DNA of 64,000 nt from Clostridia bacterium (lineage in GTDB: Bacteria; Bacillota; Clostridia; Oscillospirales; CAG-272): positions 13,252-77,251 of the forward strand of contig JAFVYZ010000060.1 in NCBI GenBank assembly GCA_017508425.1, read 5' to 3'. Below are positions 55,551 through 63,865 of this stretch, in pieces (the stretch's first letter is position 1; every line of letters begins with the position of its first letter). A program made the position numbers and the translations under genes. The notes under the pieces were generated by a model. It was not told the DNA's origin. It made no database searches and saw nothing but the letters and a program-made list of their open reading frames with translations.

Positions 55551-56656
55551 GGTGTCACCTCCGCTTCCTTTAAAATTTCGCGCATCAAATCAAGATGCTT
55601 CTCGGTAGGAGGGGTACCGTTTTGCGCCTCAAAAAATTCCCCGAAAAGATCGAGGGGATCGCGCCCCTCCACGCTCTGGGTGGAAGACACGTCCAGCTCG
55701 GCTGTCGTGCGGCTGTTTTCCACGGCATAACGCATCAAATTGGGGTAGATCGCACGGAGTGTGATGCGTGCATCGGGCGAAGGATCCTCGTCGGTCACCA
55801 CGGCGCGAATATAATCCTCACTGTATTCCCCTGCCATAAGCTCCTCCATACTACCGCGGATCTCTCGCATACGGCGACGGGGATATAAGGGCAAGCGACG
55901 CGTGCTCACGCCCTCGCGCGTAACATCTAAGAGCACCGCGCTTTTTTGCTGCCCCGCCTCGGAAAAGGAGTAGCAAAGAGGCGAGCCGGCATACACCGCG
56001 TTCCCAAACGCTTGCGGGCGGTGCAGGTGCCCCAAGGCCACGTAATCAAAGCGTGAAAGCAGCTCGGCCGGTACGGCATCCACCGTACCGATCACAGGCA
56101 GCTCGCTGTCTGACGTAGTGCTGCCCGCAACAAACAGGTGCGCAAGTAGGATGTGGCATTCGGCCACCGAAAAATCAATCCTTAAGAAAATGGCCTCCAA
56201 GGCCTCGGCCGAATTTTCAAAACGTCTCCCCTCAAAATGCACCCCTAACGCCGACGGGCGAAAATGCGGTAATAAATGAAGGGCCACGCGCAGTCCCTGC
56301 TCTTCCAACACCAACGTCTCGGGCACACCGCGGCACTCGCCTGCAACGTGCACGCCCGTTCTTGCAAGCAAGGGCGCGGCAAAGGAAAGACGCTCGCCGC
56401 TGTCATGGTTGCCGGCGATCACGGCCGCTAAAATACCGTGACGATGAAGATCCGACAAAAAATCGGAGAAAAGAGCTGTCGCCTCGGCGGGCGGTACAGG
56501 CCTATCGTAAATATCCCCCGATATCAGCACCGCGCGCACGCCCTCGCGGACGGCCTCGCGTACCATGGCGGCAAGGATGTCGCGCTGCTCTTGGAGCATG
56601 GAATATTCACAAACTCGCTTGCCAAGGTGAAGATCGGCTACATGTAAAAGCTTCAT
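55547..56656 (-). CDS. sbcD: Exonuclease SbcD (Mre11-like phosphoesterase)
   Basis: MKLLHVADLHLG, GDIYD, GNHD motifs. 4-nt overlap with sbcC. Confidence 0.9.
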   Translation of the reverse strand: MKLLHVADLHLGKRVCEYSMLQEQRDILAAMVREAVREGVRAVLISGDIYDRPVPPAEATALFSDFLSDLHRHGILAAVIAGNHDSGERLSFAAPLLARTGVHVAGECRGVPETLVLEEQGLRVALHLLPHFRPSALGVHFEGRRFENSAEALEAIFLRIDFSVAECHILLAHLFVAGSTTSDSELPVIGTVDAVPAELLSRFDYVALGHLHRPQAFGNAVYAGSPLCYSFSEAGQQKSAVLLDVTREGVSTRRLPLYPRRRMREIRGSMEELMAGEYSEDYIRAVVTDEDPSPDARITLRAIYPNLMRYAVENSRTTAELDVSSTQSVEGRDPLDLFGEFFEAQNGTPPTEKHLDLMREILKEAEVTP

Positions 56657-56676
56657 AATCTATTATGCATCCTTTC

Positions 56677-56707
56677 AAAAATAACTGCCCGTACGGGCAG
56701 TTATTTT
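56677..56707 (-). terminator. Intrinsic terminator after the lipoprotein gene
   Basis: AAAATAACTGCCC-GTAC-GGGCAGTTATTTT. It overlaps the stop codon at 56706. Confidence 0.7.
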
Positions 56708-58207
56708 ACGATTCAAACGATAAGGGGGCGATCAAATAAGCAAAAATACCCTCGGTAGTAAAGGCATCAAGCTCCACCGCTTCAAGGAATGTGGCCTTCG
56801 CCGCCTTGGCGCGCTCGGCCACGGGTGCGATCCGTTGCTCGGTCACCGTAACAAGATTTACGTAATGCGGTGCCGGGGCCATTTCGGCCTTTTCCTTCAT
56901 CGAAAGAGAAAATTTAAAATCCACGGAAGCATCGCCGGATTTGACGCTGTCGATCGCAAAAACGAAGGCATCGTTCTCGCAAGAAAAACGGCCCGATACA
57001 GTTTTCACAGCACCGTTTTTGCCAAGCGTTAGGGTATAGGTATCCTCTTTTTTGAGAAGATCAAAGCGGCCCGATACAGTTTTGGGAGCGGCATCACCCA
57101 ACGCCCTATGATAGGTGTAGTCTGCCGTAAAGGTGCGCCAAGAATCCTTTTCAACGGCAACCGAAAGCGAGTGCTTTACGCCCTCAACAAGAAAGGAAAG
57201 CTCCAAATGATCTTTGGCTGAAAGGTCGATCGAAAAGGCGGTTGCATCCTCGCCGGATCTATGCGTAAGATCAAGATAAAGTAATTTGCCCGTTAGCTTT
57301 TTCACCGTGGCGTTCAACTCAAAGGTGAAGGGATCGGCTGCATCGATCTTGGCGCAAAGTGCCTCGATCTCTGCGCTGTTTGCCAGCCACGCCTCCACTT
57401 TATTGGTCCACTCGGAATACACCACGCCGGACAATGCCGATTGCATAGCATCGCGGGTCCGAGCCACCTCGCGCGCACGGCGCACAAGAGTCTTATCCTT
57501 CACGGCTGTCGCCCACGTATCGCGCAGGGCGCGGGAAAGCATCGTATTATCTACCGAAAGATAAACCTTGACCTTCCCCTTTTCACTGTAACGCGAAATA
57601 CCAGCATATTCCGTAAGGTTTTTTAAGAAAATTTCTACGTACTTATCGAGCATATCGGGGGTATCCTCCAATGCACCGAAAAGCGTATAAAATCCATCCA
57701 CCCATGTCAAGATGGCGGCGGCGGTGCTTTCATTGATCTTTTCCTCGGCGTAAGCCGTTCCGCTGCCGTTGATAAAGATCGAATGCGATATGTCATTTTT
57801 GAGTGTATTAAAATCAACACCAAGCGTGGTGGAGCCCAACAGCGCATCCGAGGTGAGCACGGCACGGTCCTCTGAAAACCAAAGCTTGGCATCAAAATTC
57901 TTTTCACCCGCACGAAGCAACGATTCGGCCGTGATCTCACGCGCCTCAGCATCAAAGCCGAGCGAGAGATCAAGGGCGTTGACACCGCCAAGGGTATGCC
58001 CCCCGACACCGAGAGATCCAGCGTCCCCTCGCCAAGAGAGGATAACACGACCGAGAGCACCTCGCCGAGCACCGAACGCTCAATTGTGCGTTCGAGAGAG
58101 GATTTGACATAAGAGAGCGGTCGCTTGTGCGATGCACACCCGGCAAGGGGAGCAACGACCAAGCAAAGTGCCAATATCAGGCACAGTGTTTTTACAATAT
58201 GCTTCAC
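56706..58207 (-). pseudogene. Lipoprotein of unknown function (about 500 aa if repaired), frameshifted in a G6 run
   Basis: ORF 57707..58207 begins with a lipobox signal peptide (LILALCLVVAPLAGCAS). Protein-like sequence continues in the frame of ORF 56706..57920; my upstream extension of that frame reads ...TLGGVNALDLSLGFDAEAREITAESLLRAGEKNF. The frames switch at the C6/G6 homopolymer at 57999..58004. Confidence 0.7.
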
Positions 58208-58383
58208 GGAAAACTCCTTAGATATATATTATACCGCTTATATTATAAAGCAGGTTTGAAAAAATGTCAATCGGCAGGAACCGATAAATTTTTACCTTCC
58301 TCCTCATAATAGCAATTTTAGCGCGACTACGATCCCCTTTTTTGCGTCAAAAAAACATTTTGCAAAAATATTTTAAAAACCCC

Positions 58384-58413
58384 TTGACAACAAGGGGCTT
58401 CATTTGCTATAAT
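58384..58413 (+). promoter_or_regulatory. Near-consensus sigma-A promoter for tRNA-Thr
   Basis: TTGACA, 18 nt, TATAAT, 28 nt upstream of the tRNA 5' end. Confidence 0.55.
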
Positions 58414-58441
58414 ATCAAGCGTCGCCGCATATTGCGGTCGT

Positions 58442-58517
58442 GCTGCTATAGCTCAGTCGGTAGAGCACGTCATTGGTAATGACGAGGTCATCGGTCCGAA
58501 TCCGATTAGCAGCTCCA
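58442..58517 (+). tRNA. tRNA-Thr (anticodon GGU) with encoded CCA
   Basis: Hand-folded cloverleaf: acceptor GCTGCTA/TAGCAGC, D arm GCTC-AGTCGGTA-GAGC, anticodon arm CGTCA-TTGGTAA-TGACG, variable loop AGGTC, T arm ATCGG-TCCGAAT-CCGAT, then discriminator T and CCA. Confidence 0.9.
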
Positions 58518-58520
58518 TAC

Positions 58521-58551
58521 AAAAAACCCCGCCAGTCGGCGGGGTTTTTTG
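58521..58551 (+). terminator. Intrinsic terminator after tRNA-Thr
   Basis: CCCCGCC-AGTC-GGCGGGG followed by TTTTTT. Confidence 0.8.
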
Positions 58552-58553
58552 TA

Positions 58554-58686
58554 TGCTGCCGCTTCTCGGGACGAGGAGCGATATGGAAGGTGCTGCCAAA
58601 ATTTTAAACTTTTATACCCAAAGGCGCACCTTCCCACGTCGCCATCGGCGACGGAAACGGTCACGAATCCGATTAGCAGCTCCATA
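58554..58686 (+). repeat. tRNA-Thr-derived structured unit 2. It has tRNA-like 5' GCTGC and 3' ...CGAATCCGATTAGCAGCTCCA ends with a roughly 105-nt internal insert.
   Basis: The last 21 nt are identical to the tRNA 3' end including CCA. Internal hairpins: 58561-58579; 58585-58593 paired with 58626-58634; 58638-58652. It shares CGATATGGAAG and ACGGTCACGAATCCGATT with unit 3. Confidence 0.6.
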
Positions 58687-58687
58687 A

Positions 58688-58724
58688 AGAAAACCGTCAC
58701 CCAATCGGGTGGCGGTTTTCTTTA
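58688..58724 (+). terminator. Intrinsic terminator after unit 2
   Basis: AAACCGTCACCC-AATC-GGGTGGCGGTTT (one G-U pair) followed by TCTTT. Confidence 0.65.
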
Positions 58725-58830
58725 TGCGGCCAATCGATAAAGGGACCGATATGGAAGCCGCCCACACCTCACGGGCGGCTTTCTACAAGCGAAGCTTGTG
58801 GACGGTCACGAATCCGATTTGGCGTATGCT
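58724..58830 (+). repeat. tRNA-Thr-derived structured unit 3, more diverged and without CCA
   Basis: Shares CGATATGGAAG (58747-58757) and ACGGTCACGAATCCGATT (58802-58819) with unit 2. Hairpins at 58755-58763 paired with 58773-58781, and at 58785-58799. The ends GCCAA and TTGGC are complementary. Confidence 0.55.
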
Positions 58831-58836
58831 ATCCTT

Positions 58837-58866
58837 AAAAAAACGGACCTCGGTCCGTTTTTTTGT
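58837..58866. terminator. Bidirectional terminator after unit 3 and the GH115-like gene
   Basis: ACGGAC-CTCG-GTCCGT with an A7 run on the left and a T7 run on the right. Confidence 0.75.
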
Positions 58867-58873
58867 TATTCCC

Positions 58874-60859
58874 TTACACCTTTGCGATGGGATCGTGCTG
58901 GCACAGCTCGCGAATGCGCTCAGCCACGGAAAGGCGGATGTCAAACTTATACCAGTTATGCCACTTGCCACACTGAAATTCCTTGCGCTTTTTGTAGATC
59001 TCAAGCAAGCAATCAATGGCTTGCGTGCGGTTTTGCTCAACGTTGTTTCCAAGGCACATTTCGGTCACGCAAAGTGCGCGCTTTGTTAAAAGAATCATGA
59101 GCTCGCACTGATAGATCTTGGCAAATCGAAAATGCTCGTGTGCATTTTCGGGGATTTGCGCCTCAGCATCATAAAGCCTCGGCAGGAGAGCCTCATATTT
59201 CACCAAGCTCTCCTGTAGCACACGGCGGAAATGGTGGAAATTCTCGGCGTTTTCGGTATATACCGCGCCCTGCTTTCTCCACCACGCGCCGATCAGCCAC
59301 GAGGGGGCGCGCATCAGCGTGCCGTCCGTGAGAGGATAGTACGGGAACGGCAGGTCGCCGGGATCGTAGAAGTAAAAATCACGGTAAGAAAGGATCTCGT
59401 TGCCCATCCTCACGCCAAGGTCACCGATGGCGTCAAAATAAGCACGCTCAAGCTCCGCCACAACGGGTGCGGCATCTCCCCAAACGGTGGGATAGACGGT
59501 CTTATAATAGTTGTCAAGTGAAAACGTAGTGGGATCAGTGCCGAGAAGCGCGACGTTCAGGCGGATCGAGCTGCAAAGCTCACGCACGTTGGCGACGTTC
59601 AGGACCGAAAAATAAAGAGAATCGCGCGAGGCAAGCTCCTGGTAGCAATACACCATTTTACGGGGATCGGTGCCGTCGGTATAGTGCGGTCCCTCCGCGA
59701 AGAAGCCTGCGTGGTAATATACGCCGTATTTCACGCCCTCTCGGCGCGTAACGCGATAGAAATCGCCGCCGAGCATTTGCGTGTCACCCACGTCGCTAAA
59801 GACGACGACGGTATCGCTTGGCAGCTCCAAACATCCACGATCGTAAAGCTCCGCGCCCTCGCACCACAGCGTGGTGGTGGAAAGAAAATCGGTGTGCCCG
59901 AGCGCCTCGGTGATCAAGCGGTACTGTGTTGCGATCGCCCCCGAAAGGAGTGTACCGCGTGCCTCGGGGGTATCGCCGACGCTGCTGTCGCTGCGCCACA
60001 CGGCAATATCACCGTCTCCGCGAAGTCCGATCTGCCAGATAACGTTTTTGCCGTATTTTGCCCATTTCTGCACGTAGGTGCGCCATACCTCCTCCATTTC
60101 CCTTGGGCTTTGAACGAAGGATACCGCCTTGGAGGGATACCTCTGCCTCATATAGCGCTGTGCGGCGTAATGCCCAACGCCCACGGGCTCTTGGTGATGC
60201 TGAGATACGTAAAGCCCTCTTTTTACCGCCGCCGCCACGATCGCCTCATCGGCGGGATTCAGGATATCGAGATAGGTTGCGGGAATGATCAAATTCATTT
60301 CAAGACGCAGCGCCGCCTCGTAAATACGGTCCATCATTGAAAGCGAGATCACCTCTCGAAAGAAACGCGTATTGTTTCCAACGTCACGCAAAGCACCGCT
60401 TGGAGCGTACCCCGAAAGAAAATCCTCATCGTTGATAAACCACCCACGGAAGCGGCAGGTATATTGCTTGGCAACGAATCGCCCCTGTGGGAGCGAGAGC
60501 GCAGGGACCGTTTTGGGCGTAATATCGGTAAAGAAATAAAGCGGATCCATACCGAGGCACTTGGTTGAAAAGGCATAAATGCCAAAGACCGTACCAAGCG
60601 CATCAAAGCCGACGATCCGCGCGCCCTGCTCGCTGACCTCAACCGTATAGCCCTCGGGGAAGGCGCAGGCACAGCACGTGCCGGTTTCGATCACGATCGC
60701 AGGAGCATCATCTCCCGTAACGATATCAAACCCCTCACTTTTCCCCGATACGAGAAGGAGGTCGCGGCGCAGGTCGGCGGCGGCAAGCACGACGCAGGGC
60801 TCTGCATCGGCAGGCAGCACAATATTTACGGTATTCCTACCGGAAAACAATTCAAACAT
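58874..60859 (-). CDS. Cytoplasmic glycoside-hydrolase-like protein, possibly GH115 (alpha-glucuronidase-like)
   Basis: 661 aa with no signal peptide. The N-terminal GFDALGTVFGIYAF module and FRGWFINDEDF resemble GH115/GH67-type architecture. This assignment is from memory only. Confidence 0.45.
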   Translation of the reverse strand: MFELFSGRNTVNIVLPADAEPCVVLAAADLRRDLLLVSGKSEGFDIVTGDDAPAIVIETGTCCACAFPEGYTVEVSEQGARIVGFDALGTVFGIYAFSTKCLGMDPLYFFTDITPKTVPALSLPQGRFVAKQYTCRFRGWFINDEDFLSGYAPSGALRDVGNNTRFFREVISLSMMDRIYEAALRLEMNLIIPATYLDILNPADEAIVAAAVKRGLYVSQHHQEPVGVGHYAAQRYMRQRYPSKAVSFVQSPREMEEVWRTYVQKWAKYGKNVIWQIGLRGDGDIAVWRSDSSVGDTPEARGTLLSGAIATQYRLITEALGHTDFLSTTTLWCEGAELYDRGCLELPSDTVVVFSDVGDTQMLGGDFYRVTRREGVKYGVYYHAGFFAEGPHYTDGTDPRKMVYCYQELASRDSLYFSVLNVANVRELCSSIRLNVALLGTDPTTFSLDNYYKTVYPTVWGDAAPVVAELERAYFDAIGDLGVRMGNEILSYRDFYFYDPGDLPFPYYPLTDGTLMRAPSWLIGAWWRKQGAVYTENAENFHHFRRVLQESLVKYEALLPRLYDAEAQIPENAHEHFRFAKIYQCELMILLTKRALCVTEMCLGNNVEQNRTQAIDCLLEIYKKRKEFQCGKWHNWYKFDIRLSVAERIRELCQHDPIAKV

Positions 60860-61041
60860 AATTTTCTCCCTTCAAAGCATCGCTTCGTAGCTCGTAACCA
60901 TTATTTCTTCTTTTCGCCGTCTTGTCAAGCGCAATACTCAAAAAAGAAAATATTTCACCGTTTTCACCAAAAGTTTCTATGTTTTGTGCTATTACACCCA
61001 CGCTTATACCATTGCCGCGCGAAAATAATTCCCCCACCTCG

Positions 61042-61070
61042 TTGACAGTTCTATTTTTATATGTTATACT
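61042..61070 (+). promoter_or_regulatory. Sigma-A promoter for valS
   Basis: TTGACA, 17 nt, TGT-TATACT, 38 nt upstream of ATG 61108. Confidence 0.55.
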
Positions 61071-61107
61071 ATACTGTAATATTCTTATATCCATTGGAGG
61101 TTTAGCT

Positions 61108-63822
61108 ATGACCGAAAATCACGAGCTTCCCAAAACCTACGCCCCCGGCGAATTTGAGGAGCGTATTTATAAGGGTTGGTGCGAAAAGGGTTACTTTACG
61201 CCTAAGATCGACAAAAAGAAAAAGCCCTACACCATTGTGATCCCGCCCCCAAACATCACGGGACAGCTTCACATGGGTCACGCACTTGACAATACCCTGC
61301 AGGACATCCTCATCCGCTACAAGCGCATGAGTGGCTTTTGCACGCTTTGGCTGCCCGGCACCGACCACGCGTCGATTGCCACCGAGGCCAAGATCGTCGA
61401 GGCCATGCGTGCCGAGGGCATCACCAAGGAGCAGCTCGGCCGCGACGGATTCCTTGAGCGCGCCTGGGCCTGGAAGGAGCAATACGGCGGCAGGATCGTA
61501 TCGCAGTTGAAGCGTCTTGGCTCCTCCTGCGACTGGACGCGCGAGCGCTTTACGCTTGACGAGGGCTGCTCCGAGGCCGTCAAGGAGGTGTTTGTACGCC
61601 TTTATGACAAGGGCCTGATCTACCGCGGCAACCGTATGGTCAACTGGTGCCCCACGTGTGTGACCTCGATTTCCGACGCGGAGGTTGAATACGAGGACAA
61701 GCCCGGCAACTTCTATCACCTACTCTACCCCGTCAAGGAAACGGGCGAGATGCTTGAGCTTGCCACCACCCGTCCCGAAACGATGCTCGGTGACACCGCC
61801 GTTGCCATCAATGCCGAGGACGAGCGCTACAAGCACCTGCACGGCTGTCACGTGATCCTTCCCTTGATCAACAAAGAGATCCCGATCGTGTGCGATGAGC
61901 ACGCCGATATGACCAAGGGCACGGGCGTGGTGAAGATCACCCCCGCACACGACCCCAACGACTGTGAGGTCGGCGAGCGTCACAACCTGCCGCGCGTGCG
62001 CGTATTTACCTACGACGGCAAGATGACGGGTGCTGCCGACAAGGCGGCGGCTGACAAGCTCTTCGAAAAGGGCACGGCTGCGGTTGGCGAGCCCGAGGTG
62101 CTCGACTGCGGCAAGTACGCCGGCATGACCACGCTTGAGGCACGCAAGGTCATTTTGGCCGACCTCAAGGAGCTTGGACTCCTGAAGGAGGTCGAGCCGC
62201 TTGCTCACAACGTAGGCACGTGCTACCGTTGCCATCAGGTGATCGAGCCGATGATCTCGAAGCAGTGGTTCGTCAAAATGGAGCCGCTTGCGAAGCCCGC
62301 GATCGCGGCTGTGCGCGAGGGTAGAACCAAGTTCGTGCCCGAGCGATTTGAGAAAAACTACTTCCACTGGATGGAAAATATCCGCGACTGGTGCATCTCC
62401 CGTCAGCTTTGGTGGGGTCACCGTATCCCTGCCTTCTACTGCGACGCGTGTGACGAGGTCGTGGTAACGAAGGCGGCAACCGCCACCTGCCCCAAGTGCG
62501 GCAAGGAAATGCGTCAGGATCCCGACACGCTCGACACCTGGTTCTCCTCGGCCCTGTGGCCCTTCTCAACGCTCGGCTGGCCCGAAAAGACCGAGGATCT
62601 TGATTACTTCTACCCCACGAGCACGCTCGTAACGGGCTACGACATCATCACCTTCTGGGTATCGCGTATGATTTTCTCCGCGCTCGAATACACGGGCAAG
62701 GAGCCCTTTGACACGGTACTCATCCACGGCCTCGTGCGTGACGCACAGGGCCGCAAGATGTCCAAATCTCTTGGCAACGGCATTGATCCCTTGAAGATCA
62801 TTGACGAGTACGGTGCCGATGCCCTGCGCTTTGCGCTTGCCACGGGCAACTCCCCCGGAAACGATATGCGCTTCTCGGATGAGAAGATCGAGGCCGCACG
62901 CAACTTCGCCAACAAGCTTTGGAACGCCTCTCGCTTCGTTCGTATGAACCTCACCATTGACAAGGTTGAGCTCCCCGATGCCGATCAGCTGGCCGCCGAG
63001 GATAAGTGGGTTCTTCACGCCTACAATAACACCATCAAGGCCGTGCGAAACGCCCTTGACAACTACGAGCTCGGCGTTGCGCTTTCAACCCTTTACGATT
63101 TCCTTTGGGATATCTTCTGCGACTGGTACATCGAGCTATCCAAGGCTCGCCTTACCGAGAAGGATACCGAGGGCAATCTCATTGCGCAAAAGGTGCTCGT
63201 TTACGTGCTGGTGGGCACGCTCAAGCTCCTGCATCCCTTTATGCCCTTCATCACCGAAGAAATTTACGGATCGCTGCCGCACGAGTGCGAGAGCATCATG
63301 ATCGACACCTATCCCGAGGTGAGCGAGGCGCTGAGCTTTGCCGCCGACGCCGCCCAAATGGAGCGCGTGATCGCCGCCATCCGTGCCATCCGTCAGCGCC
63401 GCAATGAAATGAACGTACCGCCCTCCCGTCGCGCTAAGGTCTATATTGCCACCAAGTACCGCGATAGCTTTGGCGAGGAAAAAGCCCCCTTCTTTGCCCG
63501 TCTTGCCTCGGCATCGGGTCTTGAGGTGGCCGAGAGCTTTGAGGGCGTCATTTCGGGCGACAGTGCCGTGCAGATCGTCACCGACTCGGCAACCATCTTC
63601 CTGCCCCTTTCCGACATCATTGATACCGAAAAGGAAAAGGCTCGACTTACCGCCGAGCAAAAGAAGCTTGAGGGTGAGATCGAGCGCGGTGAAAAGAAGC
63701 TCCAAAACGAAAGCTTTGTAGCAAAAGCCCCTGCCGCCGTGGTCGAGGCCGAGCGCGCAAAGCTCGCAAAATACCGCGAAAATCTCGAGGGCGTGCTTGC
63801 CGCGCTTGCGAAGCTGAACTAA
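61108..63822 (+). CDS. valS: Valine--tRNA ligase
   Basis: 904 aa from ATG 61108 (RBS GGAGG). PPNITGQLHMGHA (HIGH motif), KMSKSLGN (KMSKS motif), and a C-terminal coiled coil. The track's 62-aa extension is rejected. Confidence 0.95.
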   Translation: MTENHELPKTYAPGEFEERIYKGWCEKGYFTPKIDKKKKPYTIVIPPPNITGQLHMGHALDNTLQDILIRYKRMSGFCTLWLPGTDHASIATEAKIVEAMRAEGITKEQLGRDGFLERAWAWKEQYGGRIVSQLKRLGSSCDWTRERFTLDEGCSEAVKEVFVRLYDKGLIYRGNRMVNWCPTCVTSISDAEVEYEDKPGNFYHLLYPVKETGEMLELATTRPETMLGDTAVAINAEDERYKHLHGCHVILPLINKEIPIVCDEHADMTKGTGVVKITPAHDPNDCEVGERHNLPRVRVFTYDGKMTGAADKAAADKLFEKGTAAVGEPEVLDCGKYAGMTTLEARKVILADLKELGLLKEVEPLAHNVGTCYRCHQVIEPMISKQWFVKMEPLAKPAIAAVREGRTKFVPERFEKNYFHWMENIRDWCISRQLWWGHRIPAFYCDACDEVVVTKAATATCPKCGKEMRQDPDTLDTWFSSALWPFSTLGWPEKTEDLDYFYPTSTLVTGYDIITFWVSRMIFSALEYTGKEPFDTVLIHGLVRDAQGRKMSKSLGNGIDPLKIIDEYGADALRFALATGNSPGNDMRFSDEKIEAARNFANKLWNASRFVRMNLTIDKVELPDADQLAAEDKWVLHAYNNTIKAVRNALDNYELGVALSTLYDFLWDIFCDWYIELSKARLTEKDTEGNLIAQKVLVYVLVGTLKLLHPFMPFITEEIYGSLPHECESIMIDTYPEVSEALSFAADAAQMERVIAAIRAIRQRRNEMNVPPSRRAKVYIATKYRDSFGEEKAPFFARLASASGLEVAESFEGVISGDSAVQIVTDSATIFLPLSDIIDTEKEKARLTAEQKKLEGEIERGEKKLQNESFVAKAPAAVVEAERAKLAKYRENLEGVLAALAKLN

Positions 63823-63830
63823 ACAAAACA

Positions 63831-63860
63831 AAAAAAGGAACGCGAATGCGTTCCTTTTTT
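63831..63860. terminator. Bidirectional terminator between valS and the right-edge gene
   Basis: GGAACGC-GAAT-GCGTTCC with A and T runs. Confidence 0.75.
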
Positions 63861-63865
63861 GTTTA

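Noticed and set aside
58583-58687. 34-aa highly basic small ORF (MEGAAKILNFYTQRRTFPRRHRRRKRSRIRLAAP) with GAGGAG upstream, inside tRNA-derived unit 2
   Set aside because: The equivalent ATG in unit 3 reads the shared ACGGTCACGAATCCGATT block in a different frame and runs through a terminator. The peptide is therefore not conserved between units. Its Arg richness is explained by the GC-rich T-arm-derived DNA.
58208-60859. Integrated mobile element or genomic island at tRNA-Thr, suggested by the repeated tRNA 3' ends
   Set aside because: No integrase, excisionase, phage or transposase gene lies on either side. The repeats are only about 150 nt apart. I kept this as an alternative explanation (att scars) in the finding, not as a mobile-element call.
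60860-61107. Possible T-box riboswitch leader upstream of valS
   Set aside because: The best promoter (61042-61070) leaves a leader of only about 38 nt. I found no specifier loop, T-box sequence or terminator/antiterminator pair in the 248-nt gap.
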